IMG/VR virus record: IMGVR_UViG_3300013426_000014
Span: 192,001-256,000 of that record
Reading direction: 5' to 3' (one strand)
Source: a virus
Taxonomy: Duplodnaviria; Caudoviricetes
Length of the DNA stretch: 64,000 nucleotides
The first letter of the stretch is position 1, and every line of letters starts with the position of its first letter. The translations under genes and the position numbers were made by a program. Positions 28,716 through 39,276 of this stretch are shown here, piece by piece. The notes below the pieces were generated by a model that saw nothing but the letters and a program-made list of their open reading frames with translations, ran no database searches and was not told the origin of the DNA.

Positions 28716-29351
28716 ATGGAGATATTGACAGATTTTGATTATACATTCGAGAGCGGTGACAGACTGTTCTTTACTTCAGACACGCATTTCGGGCATGAAC
28801 GGATAATACAATACTGCAATCGTCCGTTCAGGGACGCGGTTGAAATGAACGAGGCGCTGATCCGGAACTGGAACGCCGTCGTGCCGTCGGACGGAATTGT
28901 GTTTCATCTTGGCGACTTCGCGATGGGGATGGATCAGGACAGAATCGCCGGGATCATATCACGGCTCAACGGGACGGTGTATCTTGTTGCCGGGAATCAT
29001 GACAGGCATTCACTTTCCCCATCGGTGCAGGACATGTTCAAGGATGTCATATATCAGACATTGATTAAGGTCGGCAGGAAAAAGCTGTTGCTCTCGCATT
29101 TTCCGCTGCTGTGCTACACGGGTCAGGACAAGGGAGTCGACGATACAGTCATCCAGCTGTACGGGCATGTTCACTCTGGCCCGTCGTCAGACGGCTCTGA
29201 TTCTGAACGGGTCAGGATGTGCTGTTTCCCGGGGCAGTATGACGTCGGCGTCGACAATAATAGTTACGCGCCGGTGTCTTACGCGGATGTTATCGGCAAA
29301 GTCATCCCGGCGCTGGAGAAACATGACAGACATAAAAGAAAGGATTTATAA
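28716..29351 (+). CDS. Metallophosphoesterase
   Basis: FTSDTHFGH, LGD, GNHD, GHVH. Confidence 0.9.
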   Translation: MEILTDFDYTFESGDRLFFTSDTHFGHERIIQYCNRPFRDAVEMNEALIRNWNAVVPSDGIVFHLGDFAMGMDQDRIAGIISRLNGTVYLVAGNHDRHSLSPSVQDMFKDVIYQTLIKVGRKKLLLSHFPLLCYTGQDKGVDDTVIQLYGHVHSGPSSDGSDSERVRMCCFPGQYDVGVDNNSYAPVSYADVIGKVIPALEKHDRHKRKDL

Positions 29352-29669
29352 ATGGAGAATAAGGAAAGAAAAATCATCCGGTACGAAGTGACATGGCCGG
29401 CAGGGATGAATCCGTCATACAGGATGACGTTCCCACCGGATCAGTTCAAGGACAGGCTCGCCGCCGGTTTTGTTGTCGATTTTCAGCGGACGCTTAACTC
29501 GATGCGGAAAGGCGGGAAGACTGTCACGATCAATCTCAGTGACTGTGATGTTTACCGGGTTGAACGCACAGTGACAGTGACTAAATCAAAGGTCGACATC
29601 CCCAATATGGAGGAAAGGTTTATTGACAGGGACATCAGAGACAACGACGACACATTGCTGACAGATTAA
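29352..29669 (+). CDS. Hypothetical protein
   Basis: 105-aa ORF. Confidence 0.65.
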   Translation: MENKERKIIRYEVTWPAGMNPSYRMTFPPDQFKDRLAAGFVVDFQRTLNSMRKGGKTVTINLSDCDVYRVERTVTVTKSKVDIPNMEERFIDRDIRDNDDTLLTD

Positions 29670-29686
29670 TTCAATTCAAAATTACA

Positions 29687-30139
29687 ATGGAAGAGATTCA
29701 TAATGAAATCAAAGACGCGAGACCGGTGAAGCAGGTCATCGTGTTCAGGAAGGATTTGCTCAAGGGGCAGGACGCGATAAGGAAAGGGAAGTTCGCCGGT
29801 CAGGTCGCGCACGCGTCGACGGCCGCGCTGCTGTCGTGTTTCCGTAAAAGGGAGGCCGGCGGCATGTGCTGTTATGACGTCGAGTTCAAGAAAGGAACGT
29901 ATCTTGACACATGGCTGAACGGTATATTCACGAAGGTTGTTGTATCTGTGCCGGACGACGACACGTTGAGGGACCTGTACAATCAGATCCAGATGGACGC
30001 ACCGGAGATTCCTGTGGCGCTTATAACGGATTGCGGTCGGACGGAGTTTCACGACATGCCGACGAATACCTGTATCGGGATTGGCCCGTATTACGCGGAT
30101 GAAATCGACAAGTTCACCGCTGGTCTGCCGTTGTTGTAA
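29687..30139 (+). CDS. pth2: Peptidyl-tRNA hydrolase, PTH2 family
   Basis: KQVIVFRKDL...KGKFAGQVAHA...KVVV...DCGRTEF...TCIGIGP...LPLL. Confidence 0.9.
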   Translation: MEEIHNEIKDARPVKQVIVFRKDLLKGQDAIRKGKFAGQVAHASTAALLSCFRKREAGGMCCYDVEFKKGTYLDTWLNGIFTKVVVSVPDDDTLRDLYNQIQMDAPEIPVALITDCGRTEFHDMPTNTCIGIGPYYADEIDKFTAGLPLL

Positions 30140-30255
30140 TATAGGATTCGTTTATTTGACCCGTGACGAACGTCTGGACAAAAGATGCAGTATTTATCGG
30201 TTTTATATGAATAATCGTCCAGGGGACGATATATAATATATAGAATTGATATTAA

Positions 30256-30343
30256 GGAAAGTTACCCAAGTCGGTGAAGGGGACGGTTTGCTAAACCGTT
30301 AGGTCGCGTCAAGCGGCGCGGGAGTTCGAGCCTCCCACTTTCC
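30256..30343 (+). tRNA. tRNA-Ser(GCT)
   Basis: ACGGT-TTGCTAA-ACCGT, long variable arm. Confidence 0.9.
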
Positions 30344-30352
30344 GCGCATTAT

Positions 30353-30424
30353 GTTCCTGTGGCGCAATGGAAGCGCATTTCGGTCCTAACGAAAGGGTTG
30401 CGTGTTCGAGTCACGCCAGGAATA
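30353..30424 (+). tRNA. tRNA-Arg(CCT)
   Basis: TTTCG-GTCCTAA-CGAAA. Confidence 0.85.
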
Positions 30425-30664
30425 CGGATCATCCCATGTCCTTCTTCGGTGCAAGGACCTTGCCAGCGGGAACGGCCTTGTAAATCGCGGTTAAAGCGTG
30501 CGCGTTTTGGATCTCGCTGTATTGAGCTTCGGGTAGGCTAGACCGGATATAATACATAAACCGGCGAATACGCGCGGCGTGACGGCGGGTGGATATAATC
30601 ACCCGCGTACGTGGAAAGACCGCGATGCAGCGGGATGATTTTTTTGATTATAATTTTAATAGAT

Positions 30665-31057
30665 ATGGTTGTATTGAAATCTATTTTGTTTGTGATCGGA
30701 GCAATTATTGCTCTGATTGCGATTGCCGGGACAGTGATGATGTTGTTTCACGTGCTATCGATGTGTGCGCATGACAAAGATTGTGATAATCTTGCGGCGG
30801 CAAATGATGTCGACATACCAGAATCGGCGGAGGAATACAGGATCGGGACGGAAGAGCCGTATGATGTTATCAATCCGGTGCTGGTAAACAAAACAGTCGG
30901 TAATGTCGTTACGAATCCGAATGATGACGGTCAGGATTCCGACGGCAATACGATGACAGTGTCGCCTGATGATAGCACAACAACAGTGGAGCCGGAGCCG
31001 CCTGTGAAAAAGAAAACCATGCGGAAGAAAAAGACAAGTGTCAATCCGGTCGAATAG
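30665..31057 (+). CDS. Membrane-anchored hypothetical protein
   Basis: N-terminal TM, acidic middle, basic tail. Confidence 0.7.
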   Translation: MVVLKSILFVIGAIIALIAIAGTVMMLFHVLSMCAHDKDCDNLAAANDVDIPESAEEYRIGTEEPYDVINPVLVNKTVGNVVTNPNDDGQDSDGNTMTVSPDDSTTTVEPEPPVKKKTMRKKKTSVNPVE

Positions 31058-31162
31058 CCGGTTTCACAATGCCATTTTGATCCGGGACCGTGTGTTCCGG
31101 ATTTTTATTAATATGCGGTCGGATAGATATTTTCATATAATATACAGCAGACTTTTAATTTT

Positions 31163-31621
31163 ATGTTCAGGACAGAGAAAGGCGGCAGGGTAGAGGATCC
31201 GGCCGCATATGTCAAGGAATACATCAAATCCCGTCGGGGAACACCGGTACAGGTCATAATAGGCAGTGATTCACAGAATTACGGTCCTGTAACTTCATAT
31301 GCTACCGTCATTGTGCTGTATGTTCCGGGTCATGGCGGTCATGTGCTGTATGAGCGCGACCGCAAGAAAAGAGAGATTTCCAACGCGGCTCGGCTGCTGA
31401 ACGAGGTGTCGAGAAGCATCACGACGGCGGATATGCTGAAGGCGGGCGGCGTCGGAAAGGTTGACTACATCGATATCGATATCAATCCGGATGACAGGTA
31501 CAAGTCGAACGGCGTGTACGCCGCGGCGGTCGGTATGGTCCGCGGCATGGGGTATGAGTGTAGGTGTAAGACGCTGGGCGCCGCGGCGACGTATTGCGCC
31601 GACCGGGCAGCGAGACGTTAA
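31163..31621 (+). CDS. RNase H-like YkuK (DUF458) protein
   Basis: IIGSDSQ, LLNEV, IDIDIN, YCAD. Confidence 0.8.
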   Translation: MFRTEKGGRVEDPAAYVKEYIKSRRGTPVQVIIGSDSQNYGPVTSYATVIVLYVPGHGGHVLYERDRKKREISNAARLLNEVSRSITTADMLKAGGVGKVDYIDIDINPDDRYKSNGVYAAAVGMVRGMGYECRCKTLGAAATYCADRAARR

Positions 31622-31635
31622 AATCGGATGACCGA

Positions 31636-32007
31636 ATGAACAGCAAACTATCTTCTGAATCTTTTGTTGTTTCCGGCCCGTCGTTTCGTTCGGGCGCGCG
31701 GCCGTCGTGGTGCCGAGTGAAATACCCGTTTAATTCGGCTCCGTATCTCGACAATCATTTCTTGCGGATCGATACGGACGGATCGTTTCCTGATACAAAT
31801 TGTCTGAAATGGCCGCAGTCGTTGCGTTTCGCCGCCAGCAGGTTTCATTATAACATGCGGACGGAGCATCATGCGCGGCTGACGGAAGACGTCCGGCTGT
31901 ATCAGAGCACATGCATGAACTGTGTCTATTATGTCAGTAAATTCAATTATTCGCCGAAAGCGGTGATGCATCGCGCGAATCATCTGCTGAACGAGCTTGA
32001 ATTTTAG
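31636..32007 (+). CDS. PxWC-family Cys-rich protein
   Basis: RPSWC...CMNC...NY. Confidence 0.7.
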   Translation: MNSKLSSESFVVSGPSFRSGARPSWCRVKYPFNSAPYLDNHFLRIDTDGSFPDTNCLKWPQSLRFAASRFHYNMRTEHHARLTEDVRLYQSTCMNCVYYVSKFNYSPKAVMHRANHLLNELEF

Positions 32008-32145
32008 GCATAAATTCATCGGGGCGTAAAAATATTTCAGGAATCGTTTTCACGGTTCCTGATTTTTTGTTATATTCGTGTTATAATTGATGAATCATAT
32101 GAAAGAAAGACATGACATACTATATACAAAAGAGCGCCAATACCG

Positions 32146-32538
32146 GTGGTGCAGACGCACGATGTTGGGATGCCGTCATGGTGTCCGTTTCAAGGTCAGT
32201 GTATGATGCTAAGAACGATATTCGGTGGTCCACAAAGACATATACCGCTTTTGACCGAAAACGGAGCGGCCGCGGCCGTTGACCTGAAAGTAAAGGATGT
32301 TCGGCCGGCGGGAAAGAATTTCTGCATGTTTTGCGACGATGGAATACTATTTCACAAATCATTGAATTCATGCAGGGACACGCGGAAGTATAATGTCGCG
32401 AACATGACTGTCATCGGTATGCAAAAACTGACTGGCGGACGTCCCGGTGTATATGATTTCGCGGCGGTAAGGTATACCGCATATATCGGCCATGGCGAGA
32501 ATCCAAAAGCGCTGTCACACAAAAGGAACGTTCATTGA
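32146..32538 (+). CDS. PxWC-family protein
   Basis: MPSWC...CMFC...KYN; start uncertain. Confidence 0.65.
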   Translation: MVQTHDVGMPSWCPFQGQCMMLRTIFGGPQRHIPLLTENGAAAAVDLKVKDVRPAGKNFCMFCDDGILFHKSLNSCRDTRKYNVANMTVIGMQKLTGGRPGVYDFAAVRYTAYIGHGENPKALSHKRNVH

Positions 32539-32999
32539 TATATGAAAATGCGTGGTCAATGAAGTCAAGAATGAAGTCAGGAAAAGATAGTCAATACAAG
32601 GAAAGCATGTTTATGATGAATAAAGGAAAAACAAGTAAGAATGGTTATGATATAAAATCATTGCCGACTTATATGTGGTGCGATCTCGCCGCCCGGGGAC
32701 TTATGTGCTGGAAACGTCTGAACGGCGAACGTAACGCGAAAGGACTGTATATGACGCAATGCATTCGGTGTAATCATATACGGAAGTCATCTGAACAGTA
32801 TGACCCGCGGATGGCGAGGTTGACATCCGGTTGGAATATGATGTATAATATTCGGCATTTCTGTATACAAGGCATGTCTGGCAGGTACACGGTACCGGAT
32901 ATCAATGTGTATGGATACAGTTCGCCGCATCCGGGATGGACGAGACTTGTTTCGGTCCCGCCGCGACATGGATGGCATAAGGGCAACATATCAGATTGA
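32535..32999 (+). CDS. PxWC-family protein
   Basis: YMWC...CIRC...GWHKGN. Confidence 0.65.
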   Translation: MIYENAWSMKSRMKSGKDSQYKESMFMMNKGKTSKNGYDIKSLPTYMWCDLAARGLMCWKRLNGERNAKGLYMTQCIRCNHIRKSSEQYDPRMARLTSGWNMMYNIRHFCIQGMSGRYTVPDINVYGYSSPHPGWTRLVSVPPRHGWHKGNISD

Positions 33000-33019
33000 A
33001 TAACAATTGAAATATATAA

Positions 33020-33343
33020 ATGAACAACCAAGGTAAACCGACATTTCCGATGTCGGTGAATCAGCCGAAATACTGCAGATTCGGCAAGTACTGCTGGGAC
33101 AAATCTAAGCAGTACAAATGTCTTGTTCCCACCGCGCGCTGCAGGTCGATGTGGGTGTCGTCATATGACGCGTGCATGAAATATTGCGGTCGGGAATTGG
33201 CCATCATTTTGCACGGCAGGCTGGATTATGACAATGTCGAGACGTCATTGCTCACCATGTCGCATTATGCCGAAATGGTTTATAATCCGTATCAGGTAAT
33301 CGGCAAATGCAAGATCCTGATGAAAAAGGATGTTCACACATAA
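33020..33343 (+). CDS. PxWC-family-like protein
   Basis: PKYC...CMKYC. Confidence 0.6.
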   Translation: MNNQGKPTFPMSVNQPKYCRFGKYCWDKSKQYKCLVPTARCRSMWVSSYDACMKYCGRELAIILHGRLDYDNVETSLLTMSHYAEMVYNPYQVIGKCKILMKKDVHT

Positions 33344-33824
33344 ACATATTATAAAGGTTAAAATAAAAGCGTATAAAGATATGGGAATTGTTGATTCCGG
33401 CTCACGGTTAAAAGTGAAAGGCAGGTCATCCGCGCCGACCAGATTCAGAAAAGTGCGAAACATATTGAACAATTTATTCTATATGCCTGCGTGGTGTGCC
33501 AAACCAGTGGAGAAGATTTATCCGTTCGTGATGTGTGCGCAAATGCAGAATGACAACGCGTTCGGCAGATGCATTGCGTTCGATGATGACATGTCGGGAC
33601 CCCGCTGCCGGCCGACGAGATATACCGAATGCATGTCGACCAGATGTATGTATGTGCGCGGGCTGTATCACGGTGTTGCGATGTCCCGTTATATCAGAAC
33701 ATTTATGAAAAATATATATAGACCAGACCTGAACACGGCGTATATAAAATTTAATCAAAGGTTGTTTGATTTATATGAGCTGCGTTCCGCGCAATGGCAT
33801 AAAGGAAACGGTGAAAATGAATAA
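33330..33824 (+). CDS. PxWC-family protein
   Basis: MPAWC...RPTRYTEC...WHKGN. Confidence 0.7.
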   Translation: MFTHKHIIKVKIKAYKDMGIVDSGSRLKVKGRSSAPTRFRKVRNILNNLFYMPAWCAKPVEKIYPFVMCAQMQNDNAFGRCIAFDDDMSGPRCRPTRYTECMSTRCMYVRGLYHGVAMSRYIRTFMKNIYRPDLNTAYIKFNQRLFDLYELRSAQWHKGNGENE

Positions 33825-34314
33825 TCCTATGTTCGACATGCATGAAATCACGTTCAAACCGCCGAAAGGACGAATCCGGAAGGGAATGCGTATCGTCCAG
33901 AGGTCACGGCATAATAATGATCCGATTTTCATGCCAGAATGGTGCGCGTACGCGTCCCACGGGATTTACAACAGGTTCACGCAATGCACACAGATAACAC
34001 ATGACACCATGTACGCGCTCGGCGGTGGATCTGAACATTCTTTCACGCGTCCGACGAGATACACACAATGCGTTTTTCAACGTATGAATGGAATTTTATA
34101 TACATGTCTGAATGTGAAAGGCGGCGTATATAAAGGTTACACGACCGCGAAAATCGTGAAAGACTGTATGACAAAGATTATGATAAACGAAGAAGATGAA
34201 ACTGGGATGAACGGAGTTATCTTGATGACAAATTATGCGCGATCATTAAATCATACCTTGGAATATTATAACTTATCCGGCGCGTCATGGAAAGCCGGAA
34301 CAAATAATGAATAG
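33817..34314 (+). CDS. PxWC-family protein
   Basis: MPEWC...RPTRYTQC...GGVYKG. Confidence 0.7.
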   Translation: MNNPMFDMHEITFKPPKGRIRKGMRIVQRSRHNNDPIFMPEWCAYASHGIYNRFTQCTQITHDTMYALGGGSEHSFTRPTRYTQCVFQRMNGILYTCLNVKGGVYKGYTTAKIVKDCMTKIMINEEDETGMNGVILMTNYARSLNHTLEYYNLSGASWKAGTNNE

Positions 34315-34440
34315 ATGGCGACAATACATAAAATCGGCAAAATGAAATGGTCGACCGAACGGCCGCGTTGGTGTGGCATGTCCGGGATTGTTCGGCATAA
34401 ATGCGAACTGACCGAATGTAGTGTATGCAAATATGATTGA
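34315..34440 (+). CDS. Short PxWC-family member
   Basis: RPRWC...ECSVC; not in the ORF track. Confidence 0.5.
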   Translation: MATIHKIGKMKWSTERPRWCGMSGIVRHKCELTECSVCKYD

Positions 34441-34603
34441 TCATAATATAATATCTGAAATGTGGCCGTCGGAGATTAATTTTTGTATGAAAATAAGATG
34501 TGTCAATTTCGCGTTTCCGTCGGTATTTCAGATACGGGATGATCTTGAACATATATTCCGCATATCAAAGTTACGGGATAATCTTTAGATAAGTACGAAA
34601 TAA

Positions 34604-34843
34604 ATGGTGACCAGTAGACCTGTATTTTGCAAGTGCCGCGACACTTATTGCAAGCGCATGAAACGTATCTTCATCGAGACGTATCCTTTCCGTATCACAG
34701 ACACGGATATATGGCCAAATAAAATCAGTTTCTGCATACATGAATGCTGCATGAATCTGAACCGTTTACCGTCGCCGTATATGGTCATGTACAGGGCAAG
34801 AAATTTATTAAATGCATATCCTATAAAAACAGGCAGGATTTAA
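34604..34843 (+). CDS. PxWC-family-like protein
   Basis: RPVFC...CCMN...MYRARNLLN (cf. MHRANHLLN in the 31636 gene). Confidence 0.55.
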   Translation: MVTSRPVFCKCRDTYCKRMKRIFIETYPFRITDTDIWPNKISFCIHECCMNLNRLPSPYMVMYRARNLLNAYPIKTGRI

Positions 34844-35103
34844 TCAGATAACAGTATCATATCCATAAGTAATGTCAAAGCAAAAGCAAGATAAATTCAA
34901 TGTGCCGATGGTCAGACAGCTGAATTTTTGCGTGCGGACCGACGGAAAAAATGTCGTTAGCTGATATACGCCAGATGGCATTTCCGTTATCATTGGAATC
35001 CGAATTGAACAGATTCTCGTTACGGCCCGGCGTCATGTGGTCATATCATTTGTCTTCGACATATGGTCTTTGACATATAGTGATATAGCATATATTAAAT
35101 GAA

Positions 35104-35397
35104 ATGAACGATAATATTCCAGACAATCAAATCTGTCAAGTCACAAGTTCAGTTAGTCGGCAAAAACCAAAATGGTGCGGATCGACACATTGTATCGCAT
35201 TGACACATTGTATCGCGATAATGGCAAAAGAGTGTCGTGACGGGTTTTTTAGATACAAAAATATATGTGACACTATATGTATGGGATGTATAAAAACATA
35301 TTCGGGCAAATTTATACAAAACAATATACGCAGGACAATATTTTGGTATATGAACAAGAGAACGACGAAAACGATGAGTGAGAACTTGTTGAAATAA
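35104..35397 (+). CDS. PxWC-family protein
   Basis: KPKWC...CMGC. Confidence 0.65.
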   Translation: MNDNIPDNQICQVTSSVSRQKPKWCGSTHCIALTHCIAIMAKECRDGFFRYKNICDTICMGCIKTYSGKFIQNNIRRTIFWYMNKRTTKTMSENLLK

Positions 35398-35504
35398 TAA
35401 TTTCGGAACTGTTCGTGTTAGATTTGCGATTCATGACAAAGCCGTATGATTGGATATATTTTTATAAAAAATGTATAAGTCAGTTTTTTCTGATTAATAA
35501 TTAT

Positions 35505-35680
35505 ATGAAACGCTTTCGTGAAGTACAAGAAGGATTCGGCATGACATGTCAGGAATGTCAGATATAAAAGCGAAAGATGCCATGCCAGTATTATTCATAA
35601 TCGGATGACGATTGATAGTTCAGATGATTAATATGACGACGTGTACACGTGTACACAACATAATAAAACCATCAAAATAA
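35505..35680 (+). pseudogene. Degenerate EDFD-family stub
   Basis: MKRFREVQEGF, then frameshifted DMSGMSDI; similar to the 17464 stub. Confidence 0.45.
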
Positions 35681-35727
35681 AAATTCAGGAATGTCAATGT
35701 TCCTGAAATTTTTATTATATTTGTATT

Positions 35728-36084
35728 ATGAATGATAATGATATTATAAGGCATGGAGCAAGTTCATTTGACGAGCTTGCTGGATGGTGCAGACTTTCTA
35801 TGATAAGTCGGAACAAGACGTATCCGTGCATCCCGATGATGAAAATCAGTAGGGGGCAGACCGTGTTCATGATGAACGCGGAATGCATCCGGTGCGCGCA
35901 CAGGATGCAATTTAAGCAAGATTTTTTGAGGGCCGGATGGACGCGGATATATGGCGTCAATAAGAATAATCTTTTTTTGAGAACATGCGTTCCTATTCCA
36001 GCCGTCAAATCTATGGAATCTATGGGACGGAATATTATAAACATAGACAAGTCAGGTGGATGGCATATCAGTATACATGATTAA
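35728..36084 (+). CDS. PxWC-family protein
   Basis: AGWC...CIRC...GWH. Confidence 0.65.
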   Translation: MNDNDIIRHGASSFDELAGWCRLSMISRNKTYPCIPMMKISRGQTVFMMNAECIRCAHRMQFKQDFLRAGWTRIYGVNKNNLFLRTCVPIPAVKSMESMGRNIINIDKSGGWHISIHD

Positions 36085-36090
36085 ATATGA

Positions 36091-37215
36091 ATGATGAACT
36101 GATATAATTCTTATAATATTCCATTGTCGGAAGGTTTTGACATGTCGAACATGTCGGATTCTGACTATACCGACACATTCGCCGACGCGGACAACAACGC
36201 TGTGCGTGACGCTGCGGTGAACGCATTTATCGCGGCCTGTGTCGAAGCGAATGACGAATCGGTCAAACTACAGTCCGGTAAATATTGTCTCGCTCAGATA
36301 CAATTTTGTTCAAACGCAGAAAAATGAAAGGGATTTGAATATCAAGGTATATTAAGATATCCGTCAGATGATAGGATCGTGAATATCGATGAGGACGGTT
36401 TACGTGCGATCACCAGGGCGGAATATGATACTGACGGTATTCAGATTATCATTGATCCGGAAAAAGTCGGGCAATTGCCTGGACGGATTTACAGTCTGAG
36501 CTTACGCATCGGATCCGGAATTAAATTTCCTATAGAGTGATCATCGATTTCATTATCCGGCCGTGATGTAGGCAGGAAGTACGCGCTTAAATTGTCTGTG
36601 ATTCCGTCTTCCGACAGAAAATTGTCATGTATGCCGAAACGGGTTGTCGGTAATTTCATACTTTTGGCGTCAGAAGGTCCGGTCGGACTGTATAGACATC
36701 CGATGAAATCATACGATGGATGCCCGGAATATGTTGCAGGTAATTGCACAATCGAATATGGGGCATGATGTAAGGATCCATTCCCACGTGATTTTACAGG
36801 ATGTCCAAAATATGTCGGCGGTAATTTTACGGTATTGCTGAATCCATATAATGGCGCGGACTCGTTTCATAAAACGTTCGAGTCCGGCACTGGACTGCCT
36901 ATTGAAATCGGAGGTCATGCAGATCTTCAATACATACGGGATCTTGTTAAAAGGTCAAAGAATGGCGGGCTGATATCTTTATGTCCAGATGGGATGCGAA
37001 GGAGTTGAAAGTCATGCACATTGTTCATACCGTATAATAATTATTATGAAGTCCGTACAAACGGAAAATACAAGGGCGTTCCTATTGACGATAAGGTCGC
37101 GGGTAAAAAGCTTAACATAGATGACGGCAAAATCAGTATATTGCTTGATGACATCAATATATCAGATAAAGCATGGATTGTTTATTTCACTCCCGGATTA
37201 TCAAGAAAGCGTTAA
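36091..37215 (+). CDS. EDFD-family repeat protein, 374 aa, TGA=Trp (36100, 36325, 36538, 36766, 37006)
   Basis: LSEGFDMSNMSDSDYTDTFAD; GCPEYVAGN, GCPKYVGGNF, GLPIEIGG; no TAA/TAG until 37213. Confidence 0.85.
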
Positions 37216-37225
37216 TAAATTGATT

Positions 37226-38602
37226 ATGAAACTATATAACATTAAATCTGGATTGAATTTATCAAATCAAAGGATAACTGAGGATTTTGATCTGTCCAGA
37301 GAAGATGACGCAGACTGAACCGACGCCATGTCGGACTCCGATGATGAAGCGATGGAGTTTTATACGTTTGTCACGACATTAAGATCTGCTGTACAACTAT
37401 ATGTACAGAACGAGGATGGTAAAGCTGTATATAAAAAAGGAACGGATCCGTCGCTCGATATATTGTTCAAAACATCTGTGACTGGAACAAACGCGGATGG
37501 ATATGACGTGCGGTTGTTTTCTTGTCCGGCTGCTAATCAACTACTTTCGAGTATACATGGCAGAGCCGCTGCCGAAAATATGTATAATACCCACAGTGAA
37601 CATACTTATATAGTAAGAGCACGGCAGGTGCTGATCTGTCTGGATCTTTCCGCCCTGCCGGCGAATTTTCCGGTATGACGTCTTCCTCGACAGAAGGTTG
37701 ATGGTTTCAATGTCATGCATATGTTATATGTAATACCGTCTGCAGACGGCTCTTTACGTGGGATGCCGGAATTTATTGCCGGTAATGTATATATAGGCAA
37801 AGAGGAAGAAGAGAAAGAGGAAGAAGTTGGACCATTGGAAAAAGAGATATTATGACCAATGGATGCATCAGTGCGTCCAGTTCGGTCGATGACAGGATCG
37901 CCGCAAATAGTTGAAGGCAATTTCCGGGCGGTTATTATATGTCCTGATTCCAGTATGGTATCGTCTGATATTCTGAACGGATCACCGAAATGGGTTACTG
38001 GAATTTTTAGAATTATAGGGTTAAACAGGATTGATTGACCGGCATATAACTCATTTCTGTGAGATTCGGACGGTGCCATCCGGCCGGCGTTCACAGATGG
38101 TGTAAGCCGGATGTACGGTCAAATTTACATAGACATACTGCATCCGGGTGTTGATTCATCAGCAATAGATTTATCAACAATAAAATCAGATGAGCGAACA
38201 AAGTGAACAGATTATATAGAGTTTGAACAATACAGTTATCGTTGTAGACTAACACATATAATGTTTCCTGATACTATTGTATTAGGTTGCATATGACATA
38301 TTAAAATATATGGAGATCCAGATGATACGGCACGATGATTGAAGAAAATCAATATTGATACACGAATTAACGAAGGTTTCGACATGTCGGATATGTCAGA
38401 TATCGACTATACTGAAACGTTCGCGGACGCGGATCATGAGGCGCAGATGGTCAATAACTTTCTTAACGCGTTGTCGCACGATATCATTGAACTCGCACCG
38501 TTTTCAATGATATATCACAATCCGGAGTACCGACAGTTTACAGCGAAATCTACCGGAAGGATCAAATCACGTGCCGCCGCGAAAAAGTCGTCAGTATGAT
38601 AG
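37226..38602 (+). CDS. EDFD-family protein with 8 sense TGAs (37316, 37676, 37853, 38036, 38060, 38204, 38294, 38336), fused in frame to the next EDFD unit
   Basis: SFL*DSDGAIRPAFTDG aligns with SFLWDGKGNIIPAFTDG (TGG at 18894); frame ends TGA-TAG at 38597-38602. Confidence 0.8.
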
Positions 38603-39231
38603 GGCATGCTCGCTACATAGACGGCGAGGTCATATATACCATGTCACCGTTACATAATTGAGAAGTGACGGTCGATTTGTCTCGGAACTGCTTGCGTGAT
38701 TTTGTTTTGAACGGCGGCAGATGACGGCGGGAAGCTCCCGATCCGGATCCCGAAGATCAATTTTACCACATGCATGTCATACCCGGACTGGCCGGTGATT
38801 TGACAGGATGCCCGGCTTATACAGACGCGTATTTCACTGTTGATGATAACGATGGTCGTCTGACATCGCTGTACGGCGCGCCGGAATGAGCGGACCGTGA
38901 TTTTGAGTACATATATCAAGGTGATGAGTGACTGGGTAAACATAATTACACCTACATGATGGGTCCTTTGCAGTCGCTTGAATGATCACCTGAATATGTT
39001 GGCGGCACATTCTGGATACAGGGAGCGAATCTGACAGATCTGACTGGCATGCCGGCGAAAGTTACCGGACAGGTGAGAATCAAAGATTCTATGATGCCGG
39101 AAATTTACGCGGGATTAAACTGTGGTGGTGACAGCGTGCCGCCGGAACTGCTGCCTACCGGGCGATGCGCGATAACAGTAAGGAATCCGTGCGACATGGG
39201 AGCACCGTTCAGGATATGGTCGTCAATTTAA
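38339..39231 (+). pseudogene. EDFD-family unit with a -1 frameshift near 38500 and 5 sense TGAs downstream
   Basis: INEGFDMSDMSDIDYTETFAD; the repeats (DLTGCP, LTSLYGAPE, DLTGMPAKVTG) lie in the 39049 frame. Confidence 0.65.
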
Positions 39232-39276
39232 TAGGATAAAACAATTTAATAGGATAAAACAAATAATAAAGACTAT

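Noticed and set aside
38983-38985. TGA=Gly (code 25) or Sec
   Set aside because: Only this site favours Gly; several others align with W/Y, the UCA tRNA has a Trp-like body, and it has no Sec-type long arms
39224-39261. Direct repeat CAATTTAATAGGATAAAA x2
   Set aside because: Simple local tandem duplication with no evident function
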